Assembly (NCBI GenBank): GCA_965248535.1
Contig: CBDFJR010000002.1
Location: 672,001 to 736,000, forward strand
DNA: 64,000 nucleotides
DNA from: Phormidesmis sp.
GTDB lineage: Bacteria > Cyanobacteriota > Cyanobacteriia > Leptolyngbyales > Leptolyngbyaceae
Reading direction: 5' to 3'
Part shown: positions 61,498 to 64,000 of the stretch, piece after piece
Position numbering within the stretch: the first letter of the stretch is position 1
Layout of the letters: each line of letters opens with the position of its first letter
Made by a program: the position numbers and the translations under genes
The notes under the pieces: generated by a model
Told to the model about the DNA's origin: nothing
The model's database searches: none
What the model saw: the letters and a program-made list of their open reading frames with translations, nothing else

Positions 61498-62829
61498 TTA
61501 GGGGTCGTTGGGATCATCTGTTGCGGGTAGTTTAGGGCGACTGTCTTTTCTCCTTCGACTTGCTTTGATATACCACTGAGCAAAGAATTGACTTGCGATC
61601 GCCGTTGACAGGGCTAAACTAATCAGAATTAGCTCTGACTGCCAGTTGGGTGAGATCAGTGTCAAGATGGCTGACATGACTGCCAAACTGAAACCAGTTG
61701 TGAGGATGCCGACACTTGAGCGGTAAAGCCAAGCGTTTTTGAGGGGCAAGAAAAAGCGGTTGGTTAGAAAAGCCATTAACAGTCCATTCAGAAAGCCTAC
61801 CCCTAAACCAATTGCCCCTCCTAAGATTGCCGTGTAAACGACGCTGCTCAGCAATGGATAATAGTGTCCGTAATATCTCGCTGAAGTAAGTAGAGCCAAA
61901 ACTGCGTATGAAGAGGCTCCAGCGATCGCTCCCGCGCAGCTGCTGCGCCAGACTGCATTCCAAAAAATCTGATCTTTGGTGATTTGAGGAACGATGCTGT
62001 CTTTTTCTTTTGTGAACTGCGATCGTGCTCGTCCTTCTTGCAAAACTTGCAGTGCTTTTTGAGCAGATTGTAAGCGGCGATCGAGGGCAGGTTCAGTCAA
62101 CCATTCCAGCCAGTCAGCCACCGACTCGTCAAGAACGGCACTAGGTTTGAACTGAATTTGCAAATTCTCCTGCGGCAAGTCGGCGGGATGTCTGCCCGTT
62201 GCTATACAAATTAAAGTCGCGCCTAAACTGTAGAGATCAGACGCAGGAGTTGCCCGTCCGCCATATTGTTCAGGCGGCATATAGCCGTAGGTGCCGACGA
62301 CTGTAATGGTGCTGCCTTCGTGGGCAACGAGGGTTTGAACTGAACCAAAATCGACGAGGTAAACCTGTCCGACCGTGTTGCCGGAGCGATCGCCCAATAA
62401 AATATTGCTGGGTTTAATGTCACGATGAATGACGGGTGGCTGCTGACTGTGGAGATAAATCAGAATTTCTAGCAGCGATCGCCCTAATTCTTGCACGTCG
62501 GTTTGGCTAAACGATCGACCTGCTTTAAGATGCTGTTCTAAAGACTTTGCATTGATATAACTTTGCACTAAAGCCACCCCTTTGTAAGTTGGAGACTCTA
62601 GCTCAAACGAGTCGAGATAGCGAGGAATAGCGGGATGGTTCAGCGATTTTAAAGTTTCTGCTTCTCGTTCAAATAGTTTCAGGTCGTCCCATTCAAAGTC
62701 GTGATTAAAGGTCAGCAGTTTGACGACGACGAGTTCTTGAGTGTGCAAGTCTCGTGCCAACAGGGTTTGTCGTCCGGCTTTTTTACCCAGTGATTGCTCA
62801 ACTTGATAGCGATCGTGCAGCAATTCCAT
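61498..62829 (-). CDS. Ser/Thr protein kinase with C-terminal multi-TM region
   Basis: Motifs VVVK, HRDIKPSN, DFG and GTYGYMPPE; about four hydrophobic helices at the C-terminus. Confidence 0.92.
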   Translation of the reverse strand: MELLHDRYQVEQSLGKKAGRQTLLARDLHTQELVVVKLLTFNHDFEWDDLKLFEREAETLKSLNHPAIPRYLDSFELESPTYKGVALVQSYINAKSLEQHLKAGRSFSQTDVQELGRSLLEILIYLHSQQPPVIHRDIKPSNILLGDRSGNTVGQVYLVDFGSVQTLVAHEGSTITVVGTYGYMPPEQYGGRATPASDLYSLGATLICIATGRHPADLPQENLQIQFKPSAVLDESVADWLEWLTEPALDRRLQSAQKALQVLQEGRARSQFTKEKDSIVPQITKDQIFWNAVWRSSCAGAIAGASSYAVLALLTSARYYGHYYPLLSSVVYTAILGGAIGLGVGFLNGLLMAFLTNRFFLPLKNAWLYRSSVGILTTGFSLAVMSAILTLISPNWQSELILISLALSTAIASQFFAQWYIKASRRRKDSRPKLPATDDPNDP

Positions 62830-62949
62830 AAAACAAACCTGGGGACAAAAAGAGCTAAATCTCTGGGGTTGCGAGTGACCACCACATTATGTGGTAAATC
62901 AACGGTATGGGTTTGATGCCCACCTTCTTCAAATTACACACCTAATTTT

Positions 62950-64000
62950 ATGAAACCGACTTTTTTGTGGCGAACAACCTTATTCATGCTGTTTAGTTTG
63001 CTGTCTGCTTGCACCCAATCTAGCCCAACCAGTTCGCCATCGCCTGCCAATGGCGGTGCATCGGGGGCGATCCCGATCGGGATCGCCGTGGCGCAAACCA
63101 GCAATGTGGCGCTGCTAGGTCAAGAGCAAGTAGCGGGGGCAAAAATCGCTGAGAAATATTTTAATGATCAGGGCGGTGTGAATGGAACGCCGATTCGTCT
63201 CGTGTTTCAAGACACGGCGGGAGATGAGGCAGGAGCGATTAATGCGTTTCAAACCCTGATCACTAAAGATAAAGTTGTGGGCATTGTCGGGCCGACGCTC
63301 TCGCAACAGGCGTTTGGGGCAGACCCGATCGCCGATCGCTCCAAAGTTCCGGTGTTGGCTCCCTCAAATACGGCCAAGGGGATTCCGCAGATTGGTGATT
63401 TTATTGCGCGGGTGTCGGCTCCGGTGGCGGTGGTTGCGCCCAACTCTGTTAGAGCAGCGCTGAAGATCAATCCTCAAATTAAGCGAGTAGCGGTGTTGTT
63501 TGCTCAAAATGATGCCTTTAGCAAGTCTGAAACCGGAACATTTCAGCAAACTGTCAAAGACCAGAATTTAGAGTTGGTGACGGTGCAGAAGTTTCAGACG
63601 ACAGATACTGATTTTCAAACCCAGGCGACCTCAACTCTAAACCTTAAGCCTGATTTAGTGATTATTTCTGGCTTGGCGGCAGATGGTGGAAACTTGATCA
63701 GACAGTTGCGAGAGTTGGGTTATAAAGGTCTGATTATTGGCGGCAATGGCTTGAATACGTCTAATGTCTTTTCGGTCTGCAAAGCCCTCTGCGACGGGGT
63801 TTTGATTGCTCAGGCCTACAGTCCAGAACAGCCGGGTGCGATTAATAAAGCCTTTCGAGATGCCTATCAAGCTCAGTTCAAGAAAGAGCCACCGCAGTTT
63901 AGCGCCCAGGCATTTACCGCCGTGCAAGTGTATGTAGACGCTTTAAAGATTATCGATAAGCAGACAAAAATTGCTCAAAAAGCGTTGCCAGAATTGCGGG
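62950..64000 (+). CDS. Branched-chain amino acid-type ABC transporter substrate-binding lipoprotein, 3'-truncated by window edge
   Basis: ATG 62950 gives MKPTFLW...LLSAC lipobox, IPIGIAVAQTS, GGVNGTPIRLVFQD and VGIVGP. Frame appears open to the end, so it is absent from the ORF track. Confidence 0.88.
   Translation, partial: MKPTFLWRTTLFMLFSLLSACTQSSPTSSPSPANGGASGAIPIGIAVAQTSNVALLGQEQVAGAKIAEKYFNDQGGVNGTPIRLVFQDTAGDEAGAINAFQTLITKDKVVGIVGPTLSQQAFGADPIADRSKVPVLAPSNTAKGIPQIGDFIARVSAPVAVVAPNSVRAALKINPQIKRVAVLFAQNDAFSKSETGTFQQTVKDQNLELVTVQKFQTTDTDFQTQATSTLNLKPDLVIISGLAADGGNLIRQLRELGYKGLIIGGNGLNTSNVFSVCKALCDGVLIAQAYSPEQPGAINKAFRDAYQAQFKKEPPQFSAQAFTAVQVYVDALKIIDKQTKIAQKALPELR

Overview
Chromosomal window from a cyanobacterium. 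Evidence: very frequent HIP1 GCGATCGC octamers plus psbA, psbQ, psbZ and nblA. A filamentous Leptolyngbyaceae-like strain is a guess, not established. Most genes are housekeeping or signalling: prfB with a programmed frameshift, glsA, ppgK, sfsA, obgE, tRNA-fMet, pepP, trpG, ybeY, scpB, htrA, ispF, cysA, ribH, an A-adding tRNA nucleotidyltransferase, dprA and miaB. Mobile DNA: two apparently complete IS200/IS605 elements (tnpA + tnpB) with definable ends and predictable TAMs, one multiply deleted tnpB relic, and short REP-like hairpins. An SDR/GMC/GH1 sugar-redox cluster lies next to the tRNA. The most notable locus is a gas-vesicle operon (gvpA-C-N-J-X-K-F-G) preceded by a Cdc48/p97-like double AAA+ ATPase lacking the N-domain and a divergent tandem Get3/ArsA-type ATPase. 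GvpC and GvpN both end in a similar winged-helix-like domain. Several conserved genes between 24.9 and 35.3 kb carry single-base indels, which look like sequencing or assembly errors. No CRISPR array, rRNA or prophage was seen. All calls rest on motif recognition by eye; no searches were run.
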